Source: Botryllus schlosseri (taxonomy: Eukaryota). Taken from it: a stretch of DNA of 64,000 nucleotides. The stretch covers positions 10,232,001-10,296,000 of the forward strand of contig CM119371.1 of NCBI GenBank assembly GCA_051294905.1. The letters are read 5' to 3'. Under the pieces are notes generated by a model. It made no database searches and was not told the origin of the DNA. It was given only the letters and a program-made list of their open reading frames with translations. Positions 1 through 13,303 of this stretch are shown one piece after another (the first letter of the stretch is position 1; each line of letters starts with the position of its first letter). The position numbers and the translations under genes are program-made.

Positions 1-1435
1 ACCATGCAAGGTGGATGGGCACAATTATGTATGCTCAGATGATGTTCATGTGGGCTGATCAGTTACATTACAAATCTGAAGAAGTGGAACTGCTGCATCG
101 CTTCAATTTATTTTGAGTTCTCTTTTATATCCCTGCCTGGGTTGCATCCAGCATCGGTCGTGATGCAGCCGGTAATGACTTGAGATTCATCCAGGACATG
201 TTGAGTTACAAGGAACATGATGAACAAGTTTCCAAAGCTGCTTCACAAAAGCTTTTAAAGCATGACTGGTATATCGTGGAGGAAACCGCTGTATATGCCT
301 TGTTTTCGCCGAGTGAAAGCAATGAAACTCGAGAAAATATGGCAAAGACGCTCCTGCAGGTAGAGCGAACTTCAAGTTTCAGGAGAGGCCCGCCCTCGTT
401 GAATGCAACTGTACACATCAACAAGGACACTACTTTGTCTGATTTTATTGGGCCACAGTCGTGGTACATATTTGATGTTTTTGAATGCTCTGATGAATGC
501 CCAGAGCATTCAAAAACATCAAATATCAGATTCCTACACCAGAATGAGCTCCTACATCAGTTCTGTCAAAGTCTTTAATGATGCCGCAGAACGAGGTGTA
601 AAGCTAAGCACAGACTATGCTGCAATCTTGACTGACATTGAACAACAAAGAGACAGTCTGCTTCAAGATGTGGAACAGCATAGGAAGACAGTTGGAGACA
701 GCAGGAAGTCAACTCTAATCAAAAGCCTGTAATCTGCAACTTGTGCCTGACAATGCAACACTGATCTGCAACGTACTTTTTTAATGCCTTTTGTAAATAG
801 TGCTTTTCGCCTTCATTCAATTGTGAATAAAAAGTGTAATATGCGTTCGTTTATGGGTGAGACGTCGACTAGTCATAACAAGTACTACTGAGATGTTGAC
901 TCCTGGTGGTAAATTTTTGAGTTTCACTCACTGTCAGTAACTTTTGGAAAGGTTGAAGGTAGCAAGATGCATGCATCTAGTTTATTCGTATCTCAACTAG
1001 CGAGAGCACCTGTGCAATACATAGCACTTTCTGCAGGTAGATATTACCTTAGGCGGTTGCAATGTTATACTATAGGCTCTTGATGACAACATTAACAAAG
1101 GCAATATATCATGTCTGTAATGCCACCAAAAGAAACGACTGCACAACAGCACGCAAAAATCGTTACCAGCAGTGTTCAGAAAGTCGGTCTTTCAGCCAAT
1201 CATTAGCTTATTATTACCGGCTTCAACCAATCAGGATTAATGGCTTCTCTTTGCCCGCCCACTTCATCGGTTCCCCGCCCACTCGCCGACAGCTACTTTC
1301 AAACGCATTTAGACAAATATTACCGGCTTTCCTGCGAGCTTCTTTCAAGCCCATTATTGTTTTTTAACAATAATCTACAGAATAAGCGATGGACACGCAG
1401 AATTCCAAACATTTTCCAAATTTTGAACAACCCTA
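1..1435 (+). mobile_element. Right part of the hATm-like element, putative terminus ...TTTTGAACAACCCTA at 1435
   Basis: Transposase relic followed by a TAGGG-type terminus (reverse complement TAGGGTTGTTCAAAA). The left end is outside the window, so no TSD can be checked. Confidence 0.5.
3..732 (+). pseudogene. C-terminal part of a degraded DNA transposase, hAT superfamily (hATm-like)
   Basis: Frame 3 from nt 3 reads HARWMGTIMY...FNLF*VLFYIPAW...GNDLRFIQDM...LLKHDWYIVEETAVYALFS with an in-frame TGA at 114-116. It then frameshifts into ...SVKVFNDAAERGVKL...VEQHRK* ending at 732. The HARW, HxWY..EE...ALF and VxNDxAERGVKL motifs are typical of this transposase group. Truncated by the window edge. 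Confidence 0.75.
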
Positions 1436-2972
1436 GTGTGTAATGAGAAATTAGTAAGATGCAGCATCTCATAATCTGTTTTTTTGTTATTTTCAAACAA
1501 GTTTTGGAGAAATTTGTCAGAAATATAAAAGACTCAACAACTGGAATGCGGATTCGAACTTACCGTAAGATATACCATATGTATACTATGCTACTCATCT
1601 ACTATGCTATGTGCTCTTCTTTACATGACGATAAGTGCAGGGGTTTCCGGGGCGCAATTTTTTGACCATTGGCAAGGGAGGCGCATGTCAAAAAAAAGTT
1701 GAGAACCGCTGATCTATGTACAATATTTGATACTTTTTTCATACTTTCGCGGTTGCCCAACCTATCAGGGTATGCTGTATTTTTATGTGAGGAATTATTC
1801 TTTTATATTCTGAATATTTTGGATGTAATCATTCATTTAAACTGCCCTGGTGCACAAATTTATTCTCCAAATTTTGTGTTATATGCCAGCGATGTAAGTT
1901 GCCCAATTATCGAAGAGGGTAAGAAAAATATATGCGAGATTATTAGGGAATCACAACTTAAACTCATGTTAAACTAGTGTGGAAAAGTACCGATTGCAGT
2001 AATATGGAGATATAATCTACAAAATCACATAAAACAAAGGTATTGTGCCGTTAGAATGTATTACGAAATTCAGGGGTTTAGCGATGTGTGGGTCGTAGGC
2101 TACTCATTAGCTTCATTAGCAAACATCAGGGTGTCCATTCTTTCATAAGAGCTAATCAGAAGGAAAAATCCGTGTTAGAGACCGACTACATATTCTGAAT
2201 ACAATGGTGCTTAGGTCAAATAGATGTAGCTTGATGATCATCCGAGCAAGCGCAGGAAATGGCTTCCAAAGTTGATATAACTATTCATGAAACTGCTTCA
2301 GTCACAGAGTCTGCGATAACAAAACTCCTCTTGTAGTTTACGTAGTGGAATTTACGATAAGCGAAATGTAAATTGCAACGCGACAGCGGTCGAATATCAT
2401 TCGTTTTCATTATATTCATATTGGGATATTTATCAATAATATTATTTTGGTTCATAGGCGAGTTGCACAACTATATCAGGTCTTAAAATAGCTGTCGACC
2501 ATAGGGGGTATCATAGGAGTCTGAGTCGCACTTTGAGATGTGAACATTGAACACAGACCTGTCAGAGATAGATAGTATGACGTTTGACTGTTCACAGTGA
2601 TAAAAATATTAAACGGCAAGCTAACGCATGCACTGCATTAACTGCATACATCGAGGTGGCCATTGTAGGGTGCGTTTCCACTCAAGTAGTCGGTGTAAAT
2701 TTCTACTCAATAACAATTATTTAGAACTTGAAAATATGGTTGGAGGTACTAAACTTGAGTATTGCTTTCACAACTACATTCATTGCAACCAAGAATTTAT
2801 TACCTCGAAGACTTTTCGTGTGCCCCTTATCGAGAGTTAACGGCACAATAACAAGCATACAGAAAGAGACCAAATTGGCAAAGTATGACGTATTAATACA
2901 ATAATAAAAAATGAACGCTAGGCAAAGTCAGCTGTACCGGTAGTCAAAACAGGAGACGAGAGAAGATGTAAG

Positions 2973-3900
2973 GGTGGCGCCGTACGCTCTGTCGGTCATC
3001 GTGAAAGCGTACAGTATAAAAAATATCGCGTATGGGCAATATGAGAATAGAAATGCGACGTCTTTTAATTCTATGTTCAGTCTGATGATCGGTGACGTCT
3101 GCACTAAAGCCGTTTTTTTTTGTTTACTGCTGGATCATCAAGTGTTTGTTGCTGTTTATTAAAAAAAAATATGGTGCTTATCACATATTGGTCTTTTGCA
3201 CCGCGGTCAATAATGGCGTAAGAAATGAAAAGCAGCCGATGATGGCGTACGTATAGGATAGACATAATATTTTTAAAATAGATTTCAGTGAAACGAAAGA
3301 ATATCAAAGCCTGAAAAAGGAAATTTCGGGACGGTGGAAATTAAAACATTCACGGCCAGTCACAAATTACGGTTGCAGGATAACACAAATTAAATTGTGA
3401 GAGGGATGATTTGATCCTTGGTGAGAGGAATTTCAATCCGGAAATCAGCATTCAGTTTAGCACATTCAGCAATGAGGAAAGTACGATGGAAATCCTATTT
3501 TGAGCAGTGGATCAAAAAATGTTCAGTGGTTTCCGGATACCGACAAAGAGAGCAAACTTGAAATTCTACTAAAATCAAGTATTTCTCTGTACTTTCAGAC
3601 AGGCGGCCTGTCGGACACAAAGCATATCACTGAAACGCAACAAAATAAGAACATCAGTGACAACGACCCGAATGTTGAAGCGAAAACAATATTAAATCTG
3701 CAATCAATATTTTCGGAAGTCTTTGAGACAATCGATGTTTGCTCAAGCTGTTGATGGCTATACGGAATTCCCATTGCCCTTGTAGCAACCAAAGTAGACA
3801 CAAGAGATGCTACCCGCCTTGTAGCCGATGACATTGCTCTCGCTTTTCCTCTTTCATTCAAATGAAATCAATCCACGGACATCAGCTGTGCTATCGGTAT
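2973..3900 (-). pseudogene. SLC49/FLVCR-like MFS transporter pseudogene fragment (central part)
   Basis: Minus strand gives ...NERGKARAMSSATRRVASLVSTLVATRAMGIP...FNIVFASTFGSLSLMFLFCCVSVICFVSDRPPV, then after an unrelated insert (about 3155-3595) ...IELKDVAFLFSYCPYAIFFILYAFTMTDRAYGAT. Colinear with 54456-54935. Confidence 0.7.
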
Positions 3901-4383
3901 TCACTTTTCGTTTTTATTGCCGGTTTACGATCATCACTGATCAGTAGGGTGGTTTATGTTTTAGCTAAAAAATCAATGATTTTGCCCGAAAAATGAATAT
4001 TTTGACGTTTTTGACATTAAAAAACTAGATTTGACAAAATGTTGCCCTCACATATGCAGATTAGGAGTTTTCGCACATAATGTTAGAATTATAATACTTT
4101 TGTTCGTTTCTGGTGAGAACTGTCTGTCCTTACGAAGTAGGCTAGCTCGGCTTGAAAAAAGTACTATTAGGCTTCATTACAATGTTTTAACAAGACTTGA
4201 GTAAAGCTGAGTAATTTTATGTATTGCAAGATGCTGGATCAATTCAGATTCTGATTAACAAGAATAATAAGAATTAGGAGAGCACAGCCGTACAAAGCTG
4301 AAAGTTCAAGCTCAAGCCGCAGTTCTGACGGTATTGCAAAGCGAGCGAATGAAGTCGTGACGGAGATTGCTCGTTAACAAAAC

Positions 4384-5378
4384 ATGCTGACATTTCAAAC
4401 TTCGTCAAATGTACCAACTAGAGCAATAAAATGCTATAATAAAATCACTATCTTCTGTCGCTTCGCCTACAATTTCGACGAGGACCTACAAGAGAGAAAG
4501 AGAGATGATATTCTTTTTCGCCTGCACCATCGACATGCTTTGACGACGGAGTTGCGATATGACCGTGAGGTCACCTAGTCCGCGGCCCCGTTTTTTTCTC
4601 CTCCGTGCTATCCGTGATAACTGCGGATACTAAATTGCGAGTCTGTGGTATGACCCGGCAAAGGATCGAGCCCATGACCTACCGATCGAGACTCGAGAGG
4701 CCGGACGCGTCACCATTACAATATCTCGCTCGGCGGGATCATATATGCCCGTAACGGTCTCGGCCGGACAGACAATGTATTCGGCGTCTGAATATTTCTA
4801 CATTATATTGAGCTGAGTGTAAACGGGTTTCTATATTTGCAACTTATATTACCAGATAGACAGTTAAACAGTAGTAAACACCCCGATCGCACGGATTTGG
4901 TTTTTATGATCCAATAATCACATCAAATCAAGATGGATCCCGTACGCCTGGTAGATTTTTTGACATTAGACAACGATGTGTTCTTTAAATCAGTTTCACT
5001 GATTGTTTGAATAAGCTTCAGTCGCTGACTTCCCAAGTGTAGTGAAAGTTGTTCTTGATGTTGTGTTACAGCAGAGAGTCACTAAATATCCACAAACGGA
5101 AAGCAGAATATTTCGAACGATCTTTTGTAACGAAGCAAGTAAAATTTTCGTTTAGTGTATATTTATTTTATGCTGTCAGCACCATGCATATAATGGTCCG
5201 AAGTTGTAATACAAAGAATTTCAACCACATATGTTATAATGACATGAAAAATTGTATTATAATGAAAAAGGTTCACATTGCAGAACCTACCAAGGTTCGT
5301 TTGTGAGCGTGAACCTCGAAATTTCTGGAGGTTCACACAAAGATCGCGAAATCGAACCTCGCGTTCACACCATCCCTA
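4384..5378. mobile_element. Truncated copy of the ~1-kb TAGGGATGG-terminal hAT MITE family (one end ACCATCCCTA at 5378), interrupted by a SINE
   Basis: Homologous to 12124-13127, 45808-46797 and 56873-57834. Confidence 0.65.
4492..4734 (-). mobile_element. tRNA-derived SINE, family 2, with (TC)n tail
   Basis: Reverse complement begins GCCGAGCGAGATATTGTAATGG (A-box-like)...GGGCTCGATCC (B-box-like). Second copy at 6718-6960. The empty site is visible in the paralogous MITE near 57140. Confidence 0.7.
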
Positions 5379-6399
5379 GTAGGCAAGCTTCCCTTAAATT
5401 TTCGTTCTAAGTCGCCAAGTCTAGTGTTTTCATGCGGATCCATACATACGCTGATGTTTGAAATGCGGCTCCGACATCCAAAAAGGTTGGGACTTCTATT
5501 GTTTATATCCCCATTTTAATTATACAGGATTGGATATATATCATGTTTGAATAATTCATACATATTGGAGTATCCGTGGCTTGTCCATGTTATCAAAACT
5601 TGTATCATATGAATAAAAAGAACGATATTTTGAAATGAATACCCCCATGTTAATTGAATATTTCGAGATGTACCACAATAAAACAAGTTTGCATGCTATC
5701 GTGAATAATATGTTTGCATATGTTGAATAGTTATGTGAAATTCATTTCAACGTCATCGTGTCAAATGATTTACTTCGAAAATTTGTAGTACTATTGGATT
5801 AGGAGTTCTGTGACGAAAACACGAAACTCCGAACTTTTGAGTCGGAGTTGGAATCGGTCTATTTGAAATGTCCGGAGTCGGAGTGGGTGCTGTAGTCGGT
5901 GGTAAAGTTTACTGACTCCACAGGCCTGAATGTGAAGGAGATATCTGCTCATATTGAAATAACTACTGCACCCAGTTATTAGTTTTAACATGAATGTATT
6001 CGAAACAAAGCAACTCATATTATATAATGTTCATGTGAGGTTGTGGACCACAACACTAAATATTATCATCCTTTATGAGACGATGAAGAAATAATCTGAC
6101 GTTGTAATTATGTAGCTCACAAATACAAGTATATTTAGTTGATCATTTAGTCCACAAAGCTTTAAAGCATATTTAATGTACCAGGGACTTTCGCTCTCAA
6201 AAGTGATGCATAAGTTCCTCTTTCTTCGATTTCCACACGCTGTGCGCTGCAAGATACAATACCTAGTTCGGACCATTTTGTTGAAGATAATCCTAACAAG
6301 CGTGACTGCAATGTTTTAACTGGAAATTTGTACGCGTGTAAAAGTACGCGCAATTCATTTAATATGAATAATAATAATAATAATACCGTACACTTTGTG

Positions 6400-7158
6400 G
6401 ATCATCGTGAAAGCGTACACGATAAAAGTATCACGTATGGATTATAAGTTTTAGAGAAATGCGTTTTTTCGATTAGTGCTGCTGGATCATCAAGCAGTTC
6501 GCCATGTACGCAAACTGGCGGCCAGTCATACACAAAGCATTTTACTAAAACGCAACAAAACAAGGACATTAACGACAATGACTTGAATGTCGATGCGAAA
6601 ATAATCCTAAATCCGCGATCTATATTTTCCAAAGTCATTGAGGATATCGGTAATTGCTTGAGCACACTAGCCTAGCCATTCTACCGAGAAGATCGGCGAT
6701 AACTTACAGGTCGTTCGGAGAGAGAGAGAGATTATATTCTTTTTCGCATGCACCATCGAGATGCTTCGACGACGGGGATGCGATACGGCCTTTATAGTAA
6801 GGTCATATAGTCTGCACCCCAATTTTTTCTCCTCCATGCTATCCGTGATTGCTGAGCGCCTAGCAGGATAGCCGTGGATACCAGTTTTCCAGTTTTTGGT
6901 CTGACCCGGCCAGGGATCAAGAAGCCAGACGCATCACCATTAAACTATCTCGCTCGGTCCGCGGTAGGTTCGATTCCGAAATGTCTTGACGTGAAATCGT
7001 TGACGAACGAGACCGATCCAAAACCAAACACATCCAATATAATCATGAAAAACACTAACGATGAAATACCCCATCATTTCCACACGACGAGGTGCCTTTC
7101 CCCCCAACAATAACGTTTTGTCGATTTCTGTAACACAACCACTGTCATACGACTTCAT
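6400..7158 (-). pseudogene. SLC49/FLVCR-like MFS transporter pseudogene with 5' end, internal deletion and SINE insertion
   Basis: ATG at 7158: MKSYDSGCVTEIDKTLLL..., then after a frameshift RHLVVWK*WGISSLVFFMIILDVFGFGSVSFVNDFTSRHF; SINE at 6718-6960; then ...ENIDRGFRIIFASTFKSLSLMSLFCCVLVKCFVYDWPPV. Confidence 0.65.
6718..6960 (-). mobile_element. tRNA-derived SINE, family 2
   Basis: Homologous to 4492-4734; absent from the paralogous position near 40075. Confidence 0.65.
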
Positions 7159-8672
7159 AGTACAAACTCATAGCACACACTCGACACGATATGTCTGTCA
7201 ATCAGATCAGTTTCGAAGAATTTTTCGCAATGGCTATTCAATGCAGGAAACGAAATCTCGTGTCAAGCTACACCAATTACGATGACTTGAGCAATGAGCA
7301 CGAGTAGGATAATTCGGGCCGATACGGAAGGAAACACAGAGAGAGTAGAATCAATGGATATTGGATGTCGATTGCTGTGAAATTGGCGGATGATAGCGTA
7401 GTGGCGAGCGTCTACTAAAGTGACCGACGAAGACAGTTCCACATCAGAAGACTGTAACATCGGGCACTTGGCCGAGGTGGATGCTTGATTAAGACACCAC
7501 GATTTGGTCGTTTCGGCACCCGCCTATCTGTTCATTGCATCGCATTGTGTCTTGTATATCGCATTGTATATTGTGTGTATGTGTCATGGGCAGATGAAAA
7601 TATGATCGGGCGATAATCGATTATTATTACTGATAATGCAACTAATATTAATAAGTGACTGCGTGAGAAGCATAAAACTTCCTGCTAACCGCTATGATTG
7701 ATTGATCAACCTGAAATCATGATGGCCATGAATTGTGGTACATATTTTGACACAGTTGTACCAAAGAATCAGTCGGGTGAATGTTGGATCATTGCTAGTT
7801 GTTTTCATTCATCTTCAACTTGGCATAGGCTCGTGAGCATTATCTTGGTTAATGGAATGACTGAAACAGTATATTTCAACCGTGTGGCAGCGACTGCCCA
7901 GAAGTTACGCGAGAAAATGAGGTAAAGGTGTTTGTCGTCAACATAAAATTTGAAAACTGATCTCTCCGGATGAAAGTCGTAACTATAAACAACTGTGGTA
8001 TTGTAAGACACAGCTCTAAACGAAAATTTTCAAGTCGGGAACCTACCGTATGGCTCGTTAGCCATATATGGTTCTTTTGATGGTAACATATGGCTCTTTG
8101 ATAAGTTTCCACTTCTGTACATTATTCCCATCATATTTATGAAAATTGAATTTAGTAGATTTTCATAGCGGCTGACATCATTATTCTTGTGATGGATGAG
8201 ACGGGTCGTCATGAAGTGTGACCATGAACAGTGATGTATATATCCTGAAGTGGGGGTTGAGGAGCTAAGAAACTCAAAATCTTGAAGTTTATGCTAACAA
8301 AGATCGGCTGTTGACGGTTTGTCATTATTATCAGTTCAATACAGGGGTGAACAACCTCTCTAGTCTGCGTGCCGGATGTAGGAGAATGAAGTAGGCCTAC
8401 TTGGCGGTAGGGACGGTGTGAACCCGAAGTTCACGTTCGCTTTCTGTGAGTAGGTTATGCACTGTGAACCTTTTTGATTTGATACAATTTTTCACGTCAA
8501 ATATAACGTCTTTGGTTGACATTCTTTGCATTTCAACTTCGGATCACTCGCCGCATGACGCTGGCAGCTTGAAAAGAAATTCAGCACTACACGTGAACCT
8601 ATCTATCTAATCACATCTCTTTGTTCGAAAGTTTGCTCGGAATATTCAGCTCGCCTTTGAGAATATTTAGTG

Positions 8673-9793
8673 CAGTGGTTCCCAACCTTTTCGATCTCGT
8701 GCCTCCCTTGGCCGAAATTTATGCCAAAACTCACCCCTCAGGAGAAATCTGCCCTATGATTAAAAGAGGTAATTTCTACCGCGCAAACACCTGTTGACTG
8801 AAAGAATAAGAAGGGTGGTACCGAATGTTTGTTTCTAGCAGGGCTGTAACAATACTTTGTAGACCTCCATAAACAATGGTATTTGTCCTAATCAAACAAA
8901 TTCTGGAAGGCTTGACTCAACAGACCCCCAAACTTCCATTTTCGTTTTTGGCTTACGCATAAATATGCTGGTCTCGCGATTTTTTTCTCAAGATTGCGTA
9001 TGCGTTTGGCCAATAATATTGGTACTTTCATATATAGCAAGGTTGACCAGACTCGAGTCACCATTTCCTGATGACTCGACTTGACACAATTTCTCAAAAT
9101 ACGGAAACGACTCGAAACGAGACAACCTGTGTATTGACTCGACTTGGATTTGAGTCATTGAGCATGACTCGAACCAAGCCATATGACTCGAGACTATAAG
9201 ACGGTCAAGACCGACATTTCATAGCAATTTCGTATATTGGTCCAAGTACTTGAAAGTGCGACAAGAAAATGCTCAAAGTGAGGAAAATTAGTATACTATA
9301 AATCAAGATCATACAATATCACCAAACAGAGTTATAAAAATTGGGTTTAACAAGACTTCAACTGGAAACTGAGCAGTCTACACAAAGACTTGGGCTCGAG
9401 TCATAATACCATTAACATGACCCGGACTCGACCCCTCTGCTCGGTGACTTGGACTCGGACTTGACTCAATGGTGAATTGAAAATGACTCGACTTGACTCG
9501 AGTCAAAACTATGAAAATGAGACTGAATAGTGACTCAGAGCCTCGTGACTTGGTTACAGCCCTGATGTATAACATACACGTGATGAGATTTCCTGCTGGA
9601 AGTCATTGAAATTTAGGACACCCAATACGTTTCGGCAACATTGTACCAAGTTTAAAATGTCTTTTTCGATCGGGTACATGACAGTTTGGACATGAACAAT
9701 TTTGGAAATCCGTTACAATTCCAAAGTGGAATTCGTCCCGAAAAATTGCAACATTCCCCCTAGGGGGAATTCCTCCCCGGTTGGGAACCACTG
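8673..9793. mobile_element. hAT (Charlie-like) MITE, CAGTGGTTCCCAACC termini
   Basis: 15-bp perfect TIR; TSD ATTTAGTG/ATTTAGTA (7/8). Absent from unit B. Confidence 0.85.
9038..9564. mobile_element. hAT MITE rich in GACTCGAGTC palindromic motifs
   Basis: Homologous along its length to 59075-59574; degenerate TSD ATATATAG/ATGTATAA. Confidence 0.75.
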
Positions 9794-12123
9794 ATTTAGT
9801 AACTCTTTGGTGTGAGCTTTGCCCGCAAACACAGAATAGAATGGTATATTCATATGGAAATGAACCCGAATATTTTCGGCTGGCACTCGTCAGGGGTAAT
9901 CGTCAGCAACTAGTAGAGAATTCAAAAGAACATCGTATATAAACAATCGTAACACAAAATATGACTCTACCAGCATGAAATGTCGAATACGAGAGCGTCC
10001 AATGTACTATTTTAGATGATACACGAACTCTTTTTGTTGACACTGCCTATTCTGGTGTATTTTGATAAAAGTCGACTTCAAGGCACACAAATGAAAGTGT
10101 GAACGACCCTTTCCGAGTATGTGAAATCTGTCGTCTCGGTAATTTTTCGCACAGGCGGAATTATCCTACAAGTGTTTGCCAATTGCAGACTTTATGGCCT
10201 TTGATTGTTCCGCATCAATCTTGAGGGGATCAGCAATAGCAAGAACAAAGCACACTGCACGTTGGAAGTCAGTGAATTGTGCTTACTCAACCATTCAGTT
10301 ATTTATGTTAATGAATTGATATAAACAATACATCGATGTTTAGTGTAAAAAAATCTATCAGGCGTACGGGATCTATCTTGTTGAACTGTATGTAAAAAAA
10401 TTGTCAATATGACGCCTTGTGACATCATAGGGTCCCATTCGCGTTCAGACCGAATCTTCGAAAAAGGTTCGCGTCTCACGAACCAGAACCTTGACCATCC
10501 CTACTTGGCGGTCCGGATTCCTGAATCGAAACATTGCTTGCGTATTTAGTCACTTATAGAAGGAATTTATCGTATTCAATTTCAACTTTAGGGTTGAAGC
10601 ATGGAGACCGAAAACAGTATTTAATGAATATATTAACGTAATATAGGTCCACTTCAATAGCTGTTGAAGTGAATGAGACATCCGTGGTCCATCAAAGGTA
10701 GTCTACAAGTTCTTTGGACTCTGGTTGCATGACGGACGTAGAGACTATTTGTAATTGATTCGCGTGAACGTCGGTTAAATTTGAACCAAGCTTTGTCTAT
10801 AAGCAACGATGATGGTCGAAAATGTATGCTCGCAACTGTATATAGACCCGTGGGTCACATTATCATGTATGAGCGGACACTATCTGTGGCCCTTATGTTG
10901 TCCGCCCCTGGTCTAAGATGATAGATTTTCCGATAATAGCGCAAGTTGCCTACCTTCAAGTTATTCAGTGGAATGTATACTACACTAGATAAACCTAATC
11001 CCACAAGTTCGATAACCAGTGTCATAATGACAATAGCAAAGTCGCTGTCAATATCATATTTATAATCATATTTCCTTGAACCCAATATTGCATGCCTTGG
11101 CTTCTTGGACTTTACGATACGTTGATTAATCAGAGAAAAGCAGACATGGAGATCCCTGAATGATTTGCTAAGCTAAAGTGTCTAATGACCGACCGCCGTT
11201 CTTCATTTTGTTACAAGGTTTAAAGTAGGACAGATGATTGATTTGTGCGGCCGCTATGAAACACACACCGACTCATGCAGGTCGACGTTTTTTTGCTCGT
11301 GAGAAAAGATCATACTAATATACATTTGAAGACAAATTAACGGAGTGTAATAATAGGATTATCATGGATTATTTACAAGTATTTTCGGTCACAGTGTCTC
11401 ATCGGTACCACATCTCCCCTACCGTAAAATCGTTCTTACATTCCATGATGATTTTTTTTGCTGGTCAGTGTAATTAATTCGCGATATATCCATAACATTT
11501 GGGGATTTGCCGGCATCCCTTGCAACCCCCCTCTCATACATCAATGTACTGAGATGACAGAAAAGCGCACCACCTGGCCATGGCGCGCATAAAGTTAGCC
11601 GTTTCACCAAGCTTGTTGTGTAACATACTTGAATACAGCAACAGGAAACCACCACGAAAAACTTTTGCGGAGTAGATCATACAGCAAAATGAATGCCAAT
11701 TCTAGGAAATCATAAAAAAATTGGTTAATCAAGCAATGCATTTGTATGTCATTCCATGAATTGTCGGGGCATAAATTCAAAGGTTATCTAACAGGCATTA
11801 CACTATGCAGGAGAGCAAGCGCAAGGCTACTTCTGACTACGTTACATCAAGTTTGTCTTCTAGTCAGCAATAGTTAGAAAAGTTAGGATTGTGATTTTCG
11901 ATTCTCAGACAGTGTTAATTAATTATTAAGGTATATATTTGTTATCATGACCTTTCTTATATTAATGAGTTCTCGATTTTGGTATTTGCAGCATTGCTAT
12001 CGTATTGTAGATACACATCAGGTCAGAAATCGATATAGTAAATAGTGCGTGTTTCGACGCCGGGGGGCGTGGGCGGGGGGTTGTACACTCGTGTACAACT
12101 AGAGTCAAACCAATGGTACATAT

Positions 12124-13127
12124 TAGGGAAGTTCCCAAAAGTTCTGGTTTGTGTGAACGCAAACCTTTTTGTAAGATTCTATGGAACGCGAACGCGAACA
12201 CGAGCCTATGACTTCACGTAGTAGTGGTAATTCCAATCCTACATTTCCGTAAAGTAATATATTAATGTTACAATGTATTAGATACCCAACGACGGCACAG
12301 GTCACGTTACACCACAATGCTGAAGTAGGCCTACCTGCTGACTTTTCAAGCATAACGAAATGTGTACCAACGGGACCGATCAAACGCTATAATAATTTAA
12401 TAAAATCAAAATCTTCCGTCGATTTGTCAACAATTTCAATAAGAACTTGTAAGTTAATATAAGCCTACGCCTTAACGGTATAGACTAGACCGGTATATGT
12501 ATTCGTGAGGCGTCGGAATATTGCTATTGATTGCTATCGCAATTGCTATTGATGATAGGGGAAAGTGGTTGCTATACAGGCTTCTTGCTACAGATACTGG
12601 ATCCTAAACAGGTTATACATTACCAACACCCCGATCGGACGGATCTGATATGATAAACATATCAGGATGGATCCCGTACGCCTACAGATTTTTCACATTA
12701 ACAACGACCCATTCTTTACATCAATTTCAGTGATGTAAAAATGATTGGTAGAAGAGCAAAATTCCTTGACAACCTTCGTGTAGTCTATTTCATTCTTGAT
12801 GCTGTGTGATTTCCCGCAAAGCGAAAAGCTGATTATTTTTAGCAAACTTTTTAAAGAAAGCCAAAAACTTTTTTGAAATTGGCAAGGTGATTATTTGTAT
12901 AGTGCTGTGGATTTCATTTCATGCTGCAAGCGCCATACAGAGATTGGTCATAAATCGAAATGCAGAAAATTTCAACCAAAGATGTTATAGTGACGTGAAA
13001 AATTGTAATGTATGAAAAAGGTCGGCAGTGCAGAACTTACCAAGGTTCCTTTGTAAACGCTAACCTCCAGATTTGACAGGTTCACACACAGAACGCGAAC
13101 GTGAACCCCACACTCACACCATCCCTA
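12124..13127. mobile_element. TAGGGATGG-family hAT MITE ending about 175 bp upstream of the methyltransferase ATG
   Basis: TSD GTACATAT/GTACATAA; shared with unit B (45808-46797). Confidence 0.85.
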
Positions 13128-13303
13128 GTACATAAGTTGACTTCCCCCGTCACCGATACTGTTATGACGTATGCGTGAATAATCCTCGTTTGTATACCCG
13201 AATATACTCAAATCACTCCAGCTCCCGGTTTTGTCCAGTGCCAATTATTCCCATAGTCGTAATATTCTCTATACTTAAAGTTTATTATAATCCTATCGTA
13301 GCT

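Larger units (their letters stand above)
8408..10503. mobile_element. hAT-type MITE (TAGGGA(C/T)GG...ACCATCCCTA) with nested insertions
   Basis: Perfect 8-bp TSD CTTGGCGG (8400-8407 and 10504-10511). Paralogous insertion at 41864-42884; empty site near 37900. Confidence 0.9.

Noticed and set aside
13175..13303. 43-aa N-terminal extension of the 328-aa ORF
   Set aside because: It starts at GTG, and the frame is not preserved in paralog B. The shared ATG is at 13304.
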